In this document: piece by piece, positions 13,916-27,140 of the stretch
Position numbering within the stretch: position 1 is the first letter of the stretch
How the letters are laid out: every line of letters starts with the position of its first letter
Assembly: GCF_026571515.1 (NCBI RefSeq)
Contig: NW_026851848.1
Location: 62,001 to 126,000, forward strand
Direction: 5' to 3'
Length of the DNA stretch: 64,000 nt
From: Ruditapes philippinarum
Taxonomy: Eukaryota
The notes under the pieces: generated by a model
Databases searched by the model: none
What the model was told of the DNA's origin: nothing
What the model saw: the letters and a program-made list of their open reading frames with translations, nothing else
Made by a program: the position numbers and the translations under genes

Positions 13916-16900
13916 ATGGCTTCTGACGTAATGAAGACCATCACACCTAGCTCATCTCTAAACAAAAGCATGAATAGTGGTAACCATCAAACTGATAATG
14001 CGTTTCACTGTGATAGTGGCTACTTGATGAATACACTTGGTCTTTTCCTACAGTTTCTACTGGCAGTGTTAGCTTTTACTTCATTGATATGTAAGTTGAT
14101 TTGGTAAAGTTTGTAATAGATGCTATATTATAATATAACATTATATAAATGTATGCATATCTCAAATAGTATAGTACAATAATACAGGCCTCGACAATTC
14201 CACTTGCCCGCTCGCGATTGCTAGCTCTGAATACTGCCAACCCCTCACACGAGTGTTACAGACGTCACGTTTGAGACGTCTGAGACGTGTGTGTAAAAGT
14301 TTGGGCTGCGCGAGTAAAAAGTTGATTCTCCAAATGATGTTTCTCTAGATATTTAATATTATTAATATGAAAAAGGCAAAGCCTTAAAGCAAGCTCGATT
14401 TTCTTTTACCGTAAGATAGTTAAAATAATTGTTCATTTTTATTTTACATTTTCCGTTTTAAAATTGTCATTCGGTATTTTATACATTGCTTCCGTTTATT
14501 CTGGTTCCCCCTTTCTATTAATAGTATTATGGTTCCTATATAAGTGCGCAGGACACCAGTCTAAGCTTCCGTTTTCAATCAGAGTACATTGGCTTTTATC
14601 GTTATCTTGTGATTCGAAAAGTTGCGATGTGTTCAATTCGGTACTTCGGACGAAAGTTTTCAAAACCATCACTTAGCAGGTACTCGCGTTACCGTAAAGC
14701 TCGCTTTGCGAGCAGGCCCTTCGGGCCAGCTCTTCGAGCTCACTATAAAGTTATTCGGTAAAAAAATCAAACAGCAGACACCATTTCAATGGAAATACTG
14801 TCAACAAAAAACCAGAAACTGACCTTATGACTAAGAATAAAACTTTTAGTTTACTGAATGTGTATGAGGAATTGATTCCGTAACGACAGCAGCATTCGAC
14901 AGTGTTTAATACATACGCATTAATACTTAGCCATGAGGTTGATATTTTAGAGAGTGTGTTAGAATTTGAATGGAATAAGTATTCTGGCTATATTGAAGAT
15001 TATATAATAAAAGAATAAAAGTATTATAAACATTATAATTTATTGAACAATGAGTAATTGAATAAAGCGAATTATACCAATATAGACTGGTAATTAGTAA
15101 ATTTGAGTTTTGTGTTTGATTTTTAAAAATTTTGTCCGTCAAAATGCAGGGCAGTTGCATTTGATGAAGGGTGAATGACCCTTTTGCGCTAAAATCAGTA
15201 ATATGCACTATAATTTGATTACAAACAATTGTGACCTGTCAGAACCATTTATCACCCTACATTTATATAACTAGGAACATGTACATGTAATTTTAAATGC
15301 TGTTTCTAAGAATTTATGCAAAAAATGTGTTTATTCTGTTCTAGTCAGTCTGACGCAAGTTCAGTATATGACAAAAACCAATTGTTGCTTAAAATATTGA
15401 TTTTGAAATGAATGTGTTGGTCTGACAGATTTTTTGTTGGTCAGACGAAATTCCATGGCTTGCTGGTCTGACAGTTTGGCGCAGCAAAATTTCTTGGCTT
15501 GTCAGACAGAATGTCTGGCAAATTTTTCAAACTTTTAAGAAGTCTGTATAATTTTATGTACTTCAATATTAATTAAACTGATCAAAACACAGGAAATTTT
15601 TGACACTTTGCTCTGCTTTTTCAAATGAAATATCAACCCTCCCTCTATCTGCCTTCAAATAATGTCAAAGGGCTCATTGGGTCAAAGATGAAATCCGGAG
15701 TCAATAACATTCACCAAATGCTTTGAAAGCATGTATCATAATATTTAAGAAATTAAAACAAACTTAACACTTTGTAACTAAGTTCCATTCCTTTTGTATT
15801 ACTTACTATATTTCTGGGGTTGCAAGCCAAAAAAAACCAATCAAAACCCTTTTTATTTACCAAAATATGCCAGTTGAAAAAAAAAAATAAAGTTTTTTGC
15901 AAAGAATTTTTTTATTTTGCAATGTAGTTTTTAAATTTCTTATTTATTTTTCATTTGCAGTTATAAAGGGAAATGATTGAATATTCTGTCTGAAAGCTGG
16001 TAAAACTTTACAATAATATTATATTATTTATCTTTTTTATTTACAGTGAAAAGATACTGTGAGCCAAGATATGAGAGGAGACCTTGGAAAATATGGTACT
16101 GTTTGTTAATTGATAGTTGTAGTTCTTCACCATTTTTTAAAAGTAAAATTTTTAAATCACTTAAAGCTTCTAGTGGTTCAAAACATCACATTGTTCAAAC
16201 ACTGAAAGCTCATTGGTTATATTTAATTCAAATATTTAATAAAGTTTGAAGTAATATTGACTCTTGCCACCTGAAGTGACAATATTTATGACCAGCAAGC
16301 CTTTTCCTAGCTCTTTTGGGAAAAAGTACCTAGCCCAGTTTGGGAAATTTTTGCATCATAAAACTTGCTTAATTGGGAAAAAAATTTGGTACCAAACACA
16401 ATCAAGGTATAACATAATTAGTAATTTTTGAAGATAAAATTTGAGGAAACAACTTTTTTGTTAGATGCCAGAATGAAAGTCGGCAAATTTGTTAGTTTGG
16501 ATATTGGGAATTTCAGTTTGATTGGGAATTTTTTGTAAAGAATAAAGATGGGGAAAAAAACATATTTTGTCATTGGAAATGGGTCTGAAAAGGCCTGACC
16601 AGACAGATAGAGTAATAAATAAATATTATGTAATAAATAAATATTGTGTCATTTTATGTCAAATTGCAGGTTTTATGATACCTCGAAACAAGCATTTGGT
16701 GCTGCAGTCATACATTTTGCCAATGTCTTTCTTGCTGATGCTTTCCAAGGAGATCCATGTACATGGTAGGTTTGTCAAGAGATTTGAACTGATAATGACC
16801 AATAAAATGCAGCTTAAAATTCCTAATTCTTACAAGATTACAGTAATACTACTGAAAGTCTTGTTACAGGATTATGTAGATACATATGAGCCTCGCCATG

Positions 16901-19900
16901 ACAAAATCAACATAATGCGTCTGCGACCAGCATGGATCCAGACAAGCCTGCGCATTCACACAGTCTGATCAGGATCCATGTTGTTCCCTTACAAACCCTA
17001 TAACAAGTAGAGAAACTGATAGTGAACAGCATGGATCCTGATCAGACTGCACGAATGCGCAGGCTTGTCTGGATCCATGCGGGCTGTAAATGCATTATGT
17101 TGGTTTTGTGATGGCGTGGCTCATTATCAATAATTTATCATGACTTTAATTGATATGTAGATTCACCTTTCATCCTTTCAACAGTTTTTATTAACAAGGG
17201 ACAAACCGGCAGCCATTTACAATTTATTTCTCATAAATGTTGAGGTTTTTATTGCTAACAAAGACTTTTTGTTAATATGAATATAATAGTTATATTCAAA
17301 TTCATATATAATTATATCAAAGAATATTTTCTTAAATGAGATATGCTCCCATTCACTATAAACGGCTTAGCCTGTATCTGGATAAAATCACCCGTCTACT
17401 TTTGGTAATGCCCTGTTTTATTTATTTCTTGCCGTTACTTGATTGCCTGCCAATTTATAAAAAAAATACTGAACTTCTTTCAAATCTAATGAAACCACTA
17501 CCAACCTTTTTATCTTTAGAGAGGTACAAATGTATGTAGAACCATTTAGCCGCACACAAAAAATAATCATAGTCTTATATTGTACATGTATTCTTCTTTT
17601 CTTTCAGGTATGTCGTTAGCTTTATTTTAGATTCAACAGTTGGTCTGTTTGTCATATATATAGGCTTAAAGATGACACAAGTTTTTGTAAGAAGGAACAA
17701 GATGGAGACATTATATTTTGGCGAATATGGTAAATATTTTTATAATAACTGACTTGTCCCTTATGTGATAAAGTCCTTATACCTGAGATATAGATGTTAT
17801 GACTATTATAAAAAACAATTTCACTCTTTGTGACATGTGACCAAGTGAAAGAAACTGGTAATGTGACATTAATGTCATAAAAGGGGAGAGAACTGGTTTG
17901 AACTTTTAGCCATATTGACTTTTGATTACCTCCCTTTATATAGTGATGCACTTCATTTTAATATGTTCACACACGTATTTCATTTGACTGTTGAATATAA
18001 TTAATTTGTTCAGTATGACATTTTGACTCCATGATGACAATATGACATGATGACTGCCATGATATGATATTTATGAGCTATAATTTGTAATAAGAAAAAA
18101 CTGGAGGTCATTTGAAAGTGAAAAATGAATATTGGTTGAAATAGTTCTAGCCGTGACATAGTTGATTCTTGCAAAAAGTCTGGTTATTAAATGCACATTT
18201 TTAGCTCGACTATTCGATAAGAATAAGTAGAGCTATTGCAGTCACCCGAGCGTCGGCGTCGGCGTAACCACTTATGTTAAAGTTTTTGTAATAGTTCAAA
18301 TATTTTCAAAGTCCATTGACATATGGCTTTGAAACTTTGCACACTTGTTCACCATCATGACCCCAACCTGTAGACAGGAGGAGGTAACTCTATCAAGCAT
18401 TTTGACAGAATTATGCCCCTTTTTCGACTTAGAATTTACGTTAAAGTTTTTTGTAATAGTTCAAATATTTTCAAAGTCCATTGACATATGGCTTTGAAAC
18501 TTTGCACACTTGTTCACCATCATGACCCCAACCTGTAGACAGGAGGAGGTAACTCTATCAAGCATTTTGACAGAATTATGCCCCTTTTTCGACTGAGAAT
18601 TTATGTTAAAGTTTTTGTAATAGTTCAAATATTTTCAAAGTCCATTGACATATGGCTTTGAAACTTTGCACACTTGTTCACCATCATGACCCCAACCTGT
18701 AGACAGGAGGAGGTAACTCTATCAAGCATTTTGACAGAATTATGCCCCTTTTTCGACTTAGAATTTACGTTAAAGTCTTTGTAATAGTTCAAATATTTTC
18801 AAAGTCCATTGACATATGGCTTTGAAACTTTGCACACTTGTTCAACATCATGACCCCAACCTGTAAACAGGAGGAGGTAACTGTATCAGGCATTTTTTTT
18901 ACTATCAAGCACTAAGAATAGTCGAGCGTTGCTGTCCTACCGACAGCTCTTGTTAAAATGACTGTTTCAAAGAAAAAAGTCAAACAATTATGATGGCTGC
19001 AGCTGCGTCGTTGTTTGCTGCATCATGCGTAGACTATTACATAAACTTTTTAAAAGGTACCAACATGAAACTTGGTATGATTGCTTATCATGACAAGGTG
19101 CAGTTGTTAGACAAGGGGCATAAATCTGAGAGCTATATTTTTGGAGTTATATGTATGCCCCTTTTAACATACAATTTTTGTCAAAATTGCGTATTAAGTT
19201 AAATGGTTTTAAAACTATGAAAGGTTTGAACATGAAACTTGGGATACTTGTTCATCATAACAAGTTACGATTGTTAGACAAGGGTTATAATTCGAAAAAC
19301 TTTAATTTTGTCGTCATACCCCCTTTTAACTAAATTGCTTATTTTGTTGAATTATTTCATAGCTATTAAAGATTACAACACAAAACTTGGAATGCTTAAT
19401 TGTTATGACAATGCACAGTTTTAAGACTAGGGGCATTATTATTAAAGCAATATTTATAGGAGTTATGTCCCTTCTTAACTGGAATATTGATAAAAAATTG
19501 TTATAGATAGTTCTTGCTCTTAACAAGTGAAAACATCACATGAAGTGCTATTGTTCTAATTTGATTTCATCGTCTGAACTAAATGTAATTATACTTGAAT
19601 ATAATCTCTTACAAAACCTATGTAAGAAATTTTAGGTTTCAGCAACTAGAGAACATGGGTGAAAATTTTTGTGTATGATGCAGAGTTTTTGTGCTGTTTT
19701 ATTACAGGTAGTCCACCAAAATGTAGTTCCTGGGTGGGGCAGTGTGGGTTGTACATCTTGGTGATGATTATAGAGAAAATACTCATGACCGCCCTCATAC
19801 AGTTTGATTTCTGGGCTGATGTAAGTTCTTTATACTCTCATATACATTTGCATCTGTACAAGCGGCACACCTCCAGATTTTTTGGTCTAGTTTTCAGAGA

Positions 19901-22900
19901 TCCAAAATTCCACTTGTCTGCTCGTTATTACAAGTAGAATTTAAGAGAATTTGATGCAGGACAAGTAGAAAAATGTTGCCTGCACTTTCGATTTAGAAGC
20001 TACTCGGTCCTACAGGAAGGGTGTCTCTGTAAATATTTGTCATTGCCTGGGTTTTTTTGCCAGTATCAACAAGTCAATCATATTTTGACTGGTATTCTAC
20101 AGGACTGACTTAACCAACAAGAAATTGCCAATTGCTATAGTAATAAGCTCAAAGACCACTATTGATGTATTCAATGTCTGGGACAGTATGAGTAGATGAT
20201 AGTGCTGGCATTGATAAAAGATTTTACCAGTTTAGAGTCAGGCTACCCTATGTATCCATGAAGTCTGGCCAAACTCTGAACTTATGCCAAGGAAGCTAGG
20301 AAGCTGAAACCTAAAATCCAGTGTGTCTGAGTGTCATAAACATTGCCTGAATGAATGGGCATATTCAGTACTTTTAGAATAATATACAAACCCACTTACC
20401 TGGACAAAATACGGCCGAATGTTAAAGATTTTCATGACATTTTGTCATTTTTTCAAGTTCGCAACCATTTTGCTCGCTTGAACCAAGTGTGCCATAGCTT
20501 TACGTCCTGCCCCTTGTCTTCCTGCTAGACAATAGCATTTTAAACCTTAAAGGGACAACACTGAGGTATTTCGACATGAAGGGACTGGAAATATTTTCGG
20601 GAAATTTGGGTACAATTTGATGTAGGTCTGGATAAATAACTTACATGCAAAATTTCAGGTCATTCCATCAACCTGTTTTTCCAAGATGATCGGTTTTATG
20701 CGCAAAATTACCCATAAATGAAATGCGTTGCAGCACTTTTCATTTAAATTCAGTTCAGCTAGGGATCACACAAGCATCCATTTCTGAATGAATTTTTAGT
20801 TAAATTTTCATTTTTTTTTTTGCAGATTTTTTTATTTGAAGCGCTCCACTTGGTCTTTTTAAGATTTTCAAATTTTACATTTTTAGGTCTTTGGACCTCT
20901 GTGAAGTTCCTTTAACCTTTAGAATTCATTAAATGGCCTTGTTTAGATTAAAGATATCAAAATGAAACTTAAAGTCAGTCAGCCAACACTATAAAGTGTT
21001 GTCAGACAGCACAAAAGTGGTGTTGGTGGTGTTGGTAGTTTTCACTCCGGATCACGGCAGAAAGCCACATTGAATTCACCAGGGCACAGTTCAGTCACCT
21101 CACAAAATTGCTGGCTTGCCTGTTACATACCAATGGCCAAGGCTATTCAATTAAGGTTCCTGTAGGATATACGCATGGATATGTAGGCTGGCCTGGCTCT
21201 AGTGGTGGCAAGGTCATATCATATTTGGTTCCCTGCAAGGTTAGAGTTAATTGTCCTCACATTAATTCAGAGTAAGATGAGCCCATCATACAAGTTTAGC
21301 CTTGCAAAGGTTTTATACAGTATATAAATGATTTTTTATGGCATATTTTGTAACAGGTCCGGCATATAATAATGTCCCCAGTGAAAGATCCTAAAGTGGA
21401 GCTAGTGATTGTGATGTTTATTGTCCCTTTGGTTGTGAACGTAAGTAATTCATTAAATTTTATCATTGTAGATAAGATATTGACTCGTATTAATGTGTTA
21501 AAAATTTTAATTTGCGGAATGTGGTTGGTTGTATTCATATGTTGTCACATGTCTGGAATAATGTAAAGATTGGTACTTGAGGTGTTTCACCACGGGTAAA
21601 TCTGGAATGACACCATGTTGTAACCTTTACAATGTTTACTTGACTTAAACTGGACCAAAAATAGAAATATATATATATGTTATACCCTTACCACACTAAA
21701 AATCTTAAATGGACTTGTCTATCTTTCAGTCTGGACAAACCATTCATCATAATAAGGGAAAGTTTCAAAATATGAGCCAAGACATGACATTTCCAACATA
21801 GTGGTCAGATGACGTAATCGTAGAAATGTTACATCAAAGTTGACGCCATTTTTTTCAATTGTATGAAGCGTGTTTCTCCAACCAGGACTGTGCAGTTTTT
21901 AATCAATGCGCACATTAGTTGTATGTAAGCAAAAATCAAATTGTTACTGCAATAATATAATTTTTTTCACCACAATGATGACGGTTTTCCGCAGTTTAAT
22001 GATATGGGTAGAGATGACTCAATTTTACAGCGTAAAGATTAAGTACATACTGCGCTGATAAACTTGTTCTGGTTCTAACCTTGAACTCCTGACAAAACAG
22101 TCTCTGAATCATGATCTTAAGTACCAAGGAAGGAAAATATGAGTTGACAAATTTAATTTCATCCATTTAAACTACACTTGACATATTATCCTTGCAACAG
22201 AAAACACTTTCAGGGCTTACTTACTTAAAATAATAAGTATTCTTTCGATTGTTAATTTATTTCCAGTGTCAAGATGTTTTCCAAGTATTTCTCTCCATTG
22301 TAACATGTTGTGGCTGATATGTACATGTAAATAAACTGGAATAAACACTTTAATGTAAAAAGAACAAGGAACATTAAACATCACATGGATATCATTGTTT
22401 TATATAACGGACACTCAATACAATAGTATATAATTGAGAAGCTATTGTTTAGTGTAGTGGATGTGTAAGTAAGACACTTGAAGTGTTTGAAATCGCTTTA
22501 TATAAAATTAAGGGGAAAACAAAATTTTCTTGAAATTATTTCATTAAATATAATGTAAGCAGCATGCCTCAAGATCCTTACTTATTTTCATCTAAATAAG
22601 GAAAATGTATTGTTAAGTAAAATATTGTGAAGTGTACAAAAGAAGTAATTTACACATTGCATACAATCCATGTTAATTATCAAACAGATAACATAGCCCC
22701 TACTGCATTAGTCATGCAGTAGACATGTGGTGATATATTATTTTGTCAATATTTTGCATTGTTTTTTGAGATGTACTCTGTCAAGTCATTGTAATAGTTT
22801 ATGCTAATAAGTGAAAGTCTGAGTTTTAATTATTTTGTGAGATAAAAGTAATATTACTTAAAGTATATCACTCATGGCGTTGTGAAGGAAGCTTTGTCAA

Positions 22901-24222
22901 ACTGTTTTGGGGCTTATGTAATATTTTATGATTTCGTAAATGTCCTAAAAATGTATTGTGTATCTTGTTCTTTAAAGCATATTTCTTGATTCAAAGACAA
23001 TAACTGAGCTAAAATAATTAAAAATTTCACCGTAATGATAACTCTAAGCTGTAACTTTGTTTGTTTAGCGTAGTGTATGTGTAGCCATTGAATGTCTGAT
23101 ATCATTTACTTTACGTGAGTCTGTTTTCAATGCCTTAATAAAAATTTTTATCATGCGTTGTTAATGTTTTACATGTATATGATCACACTACTTTAGATGG
23201 CTTACAATTGATAATGTACTCTTGAACAAAGTTTGTCATTATAAAGCATTTTTGAATGAGGCCAAATAAAATGATGTGAGGCCAAATAAAATTATGTTAA
23301 CAATAATGTTCAATAGTGTTATAAATCAATTTTTCATTGTCCAAAAATGATAAAATGTGTCTTGAATGATTCACAAAAAAATGCATTTTGAGAATCTTTG
23401 AAAAAAGTAAAATGTCAAATTTGACCACAATGTTGGTAATGTCATGTCACGGCTCATATATATTGACTGTATAGTAAACTTTGCAAACAGCACTGACAAG
23501 GCAGGACAAGATATTATATTTAAGAAATAATATATCCCAAACTGTGATTTTATTGCTCAATAAAATCACTGTTTGGAGTTCAGATGCGGGGAATTCTATT
23601 ACGAGTGCGTAGCCCGAGTGATATAATGATGCTTATCTGAACGACAAACAGTGATTTTATCAAGCAAAAATATTATGGATTTGGATATATTATTTCGATT
23701 CTAACATGATATCAACAAATAAATGCTGCCGTACCTGGTATTAAGCTAAATTGCGCCTGATTTGTTTCTGTACTTATTGTCAGTGCGTCACATTTTAGTG
23801 GTTACGTCACATGTGTAATGATTACATCACATGTCTAAACATAGAACGTCAAACAGTGATTTGATAGCATAATAACACATAATTTCGGTTCTTCTATGTT
23901 CAATGGGGAAAAAAGGCGGATTGTGTTATAATAACTCATAGAGCAAGGTTTTTTTCTATGAATTGTTTTTATACTTCAGGCATTTATATTTTGGGTAGTT
24001 GACAATTTCTTGAAGAGGAGAACGAAGGACACTAAAACTATATACGTGAGTGACAGTGACCACACTGTACGATACAGCCGTGGTGAAGACACAGCAAGAC
24101 TGTATAATCGTATAGACCGGACAGATGACGGTGATTCTGACATCATACTCACAGACGAGGACGGGGAGCTACGTCAGAGGCACAACAATGATAATGACGT
24201 TGCGGAACTTCTAATAACGTGA
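13916..24222 (+). CDS. STIMATE: Store-operated calcium entry regulator STIMATE (TMEM110), 7 coding exons
   Basis: Exons 13916-14090, 16047-16095, 16670-16765, 17608-17729, 19708-19820, 21357-21440, 23980-24222; all GT-AG with consistent phases. Motifs [66 protein letters not shown], plus an acidic C-tail. Confidence 0.95.
16888..17122. mobile_element. Palindromic ~235-bp MITE (GAG...CTC termini, Sola2-like)
   Basis: Near-complete foldback with nested CATGGATCC/GGATCCATG repeats; four copies in the window. Confidence 0.85.
18201..18954 (+). mobile_element. Non-autonomous Helentron-type (HINE) element with ~3.8 near-identical 164-165-bp core repeats, in STIMATE intron 4
   Basis: subTIRs GCTCGACTATTC/GAATAGTCGAGC, (GCGTCG)n, 3' hairpin GCTGTCctaccGACAGC, T-rich flanks. 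Confidence 0.85.
20551..20911. mobile_element. TTAA-flanked (Kolobok-like) MITE
   Basis: TTAA|AGGGACAACACTGAG...CTCTGTGAAGTTCCT|TTAA; related to 50031-50784. Confidence 0.6.
21774..23455. mobile_element. 1.7-kb non-autonomous DNA transposon (Sola2-like), in STIMATE intron 6
   Basis: ~34-bp TIRs GAGCCAAGACATGACATTTCCAACATAGTGGTCA / TGACCACAATGTTGGTAATGTCATGTCACGGCTC; 4-bp TSD ATAT; no long ORF. Confidence 0.8.
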
Positions 24223-25089
24223 TGGAATGTTTGTCAGCATAATTGTTATGTATGCCAAGAGTAATTGTATTAGAATATAAAAGTGAAAGTGATGCCCAGA
24301 AGAATGAATATTTAATTTAGGAGATTCTAGGCTGGGTAATAATTAATTTGTTTTGTGAGATTTTATGCTACAGTTATGTTTAAAGTGCTGTATGTTGACC
24401 TTCAAGCAAAACAGATTTATCTCATTCCGTAATTTATATGAGTTGAGACTGTTTGGCATGAACTGAAATGAGAAGTATTGATTTTGTCTGGTTTTTTTTA
24501 TAAATATATGCCTGAAAGGTTTCCTTTTAAACTTTATATCTTCAGATTCTAGAAGGTGCTAAAACATCAAGTGTAGCTGCTAGCAACAAGTTTATTTTTC
24601 ATTGTTATTTTTTTTTCTTTTTAATTTTCAAACTAAAATATCATTTTGGTCAAGTTCTGTATTGTTTCAAGTGTGTGCTGCCCTTATGCACTTATGAACA
24701 CAAAGAGCACTTATGTTATTTTTAGACATAAGCATATGACATAAGGTCTTTATATACAGGGCATAAGAGAAATTATTTTCATATTATCTTTTTTATTTCT
24801 GAATTAGTAAAAAGTTTTTTTGATATACCACAAAAATCACTAAGTAGGTCAAGTGTTGGGTCTGTAATCCCAACAATTGCATACATGATAGTCAAGTCCT
24901 AGTCTAGGATGCTTCTTTGTTGTACTTTTTTTTGTCAGTATATTTGATGATAAAATGGCCAATACTATTTTCACCTGTTCCTATCTTAAGTACATGTATG
25001 CATTTGATTGCAAGGAAACAAGTTAACTGGACTTGAGCAGTTGCCAGAAGAACATGATTTATTTGAAGGGGAGGTGGATAGGGGAGCAT

Positions 25090-25350
25090 CTATGGGCGAG
25101 TGATTTAAATTATTACCTGTATACCACATGCCCCTCACTACTGTCACCTCACTACTGTGGGTTTGAATCCTAACATGGACTTTGAAGTCTATTATGTGAG
25201 AAAGCTATCAAGTCAGAGCTTCTACTCAGGTGCTCATTTGTGCCTGAAATAATGCACAGAAGGGCACATAAGGACTTCCTCCAAAAATAAAGCTGAAAAG
25301 TCACCTTATGACCTATATAATATTTTTGTGTGATGTAAAACCCAACCCAA
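25090..25350 (+). mobile_element. Degenerate tRNA-derived SINE (same family as 50268-50536)
   Basis: Shares GTGAGAAAGCTATC...CTACTCAGGTGC...GAAATAATGCAC...ATGACCTATA...GTAAAACCC. Confidence 0.7.
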
Positions 25351-26074
25351 TCAGCATGCTGCCTGATCTATATCAGAAATATGTGTAGAATAGATGATTT
25401 TGAAGGTTTCTTGACCAATTGAGATTAAGTTAGTTTTGTTGTCAAAATTGTATTTTTGAAATTATGACTGCTATGATTTCAGTGCAAAAGGTTGAGGTCC
25501 CATTCATGTCTGTATACAATACACATTTAAATTTAAAATTATACTTTTTTTCTCAAATATAAGTATTCACTGCCATTTTGAATTGTTTATTAATCTGTTA
25601 CTGGCTCTAAAATCCAGCGCAAGGTATATGGTGTAAATAGAGAATACCTGGTTGATGTTTGGGTAGGAGAAGGTTTATCAGGTGAGCGAGAAAGTGTATC
25701 TTGGCGAGCTTTAGCGATTTGATTTATCCTGCTTTTGTCTACTTTAATCATGTTTTTAGATTATTTAAATTGTTTCATTCTTACTTTTCCCCGATAAAAC
25801 AGCGTAGTTTTGTTTGGCTGCTAACCATGTGACGCCATCATATGACGTAATGAGTGGAGATAGATATGTTTATCCAGCAAGGCTTTATTGGGCTGATAAT
25901 ATAGACAGTAGCTGGATTAATGTGAAAATTTTCTTGTTAATTTCATACATGATTATACAAAGCTCATTTCTATTTTTGTATTTCTGCATGATTTCAATAT
26001 ATTAGGTTTTTAAAGCTTTACAATTAAATTTTGATAGAGAAAAAAGCAAATATATTTTTCAGAAATACACTTAT

Positions 26075-26245
26075 ATCGGAGCATCCATGAAGGTCATTGA
26101 TGGTTCTACTCAAGTGCTCATTCATGCTTGAAATAATGTAAGAAGGAGTCCTGAGCCCCTCCCACGAGTAAAGCTGAAAAATTGCCGTATGAACTATACA
26201 GTGTCTATGTGACCAAAATTTAAGCAAAACAAACAAGCAAACATA
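26075..26245 (+). mobile_element. SINE 3' fragment (same family as 50268-50536)
   Basis: GGTTCTACTCAAGTGC...GAAATAATG...GTAAAGCTG and an (AAAC)n tail. Confidence 0.6.
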
Positions 26246-27140
26246 CATGTACTTAGAAATATTTTTAAAATATTTGTCAAGGCCAGAAATGGTTTTTCAT
26301 TTGTCGTTGTTCTTGTGATGGACATCACCTCAATCAGATAAAAAAAAAAATACATGTAATACTTGCACTGTAAGTGATTGAGTGGTGTGGTTTTTTGAAA
26401 TCTGAGAGTTGAAATTCAGTTTAGTGCTTTAGATCTTGGCTTTCAATTTGAAATTACAACACAAAAGTGTGTTCAAACAGGCAGGTACCATAGTTACGTG
26501 GCTGTTGCCAGATTTACTCGAAACTATTTTTGTCATACTTTAGTCAAATTGTGATATTTTATTTGTTATAACAGAACTTTTTATTATATCGGATCATGTT
26601 AACAATAGCCTAAAACAAAACACTGTAACATTCATCATCCCTATAATGTAATGGGACTACTTTTTTATGTCTATCCAGTGGTTGAAAAAAGGCCCTTTAT
26701 TACATGCCAAAGAAAATAGTGCAGTATTACTACACTTTGTTTGAATGTGGTTAGTTTAACTTTTACTGAGGTCTGTTTTAACCTCCAATACAGTGATTTC
26801 TTTCACATAAGCCTGTGACTATGAAAACTTTGTAATTAGAATCTTGAGTTAAAAGTTTTAAAGTTTTAGATATATATGTACTGATTTCAAACTTAGGTTG
26901 GTTAATGCTTATAAAGTGTATAAGTTGTACAATTTAAGCATCTTATTTCTTTTTGACAAACTTGCACACCTTTTTAACTTAAATTCTGTGAGGTGTTTCT
27001 AGGCAAGAGTATGTAAACTACAATTTTTTGTACTTATACATTATGACATGATTTTGCTCCCTTTTTGACTTAAAGGTTTTCAAAGACTTTTTACTTGTTC
27101 CTCTGTCGAAAGCCAAAAAAAAGCTGAACACACTACTCTT

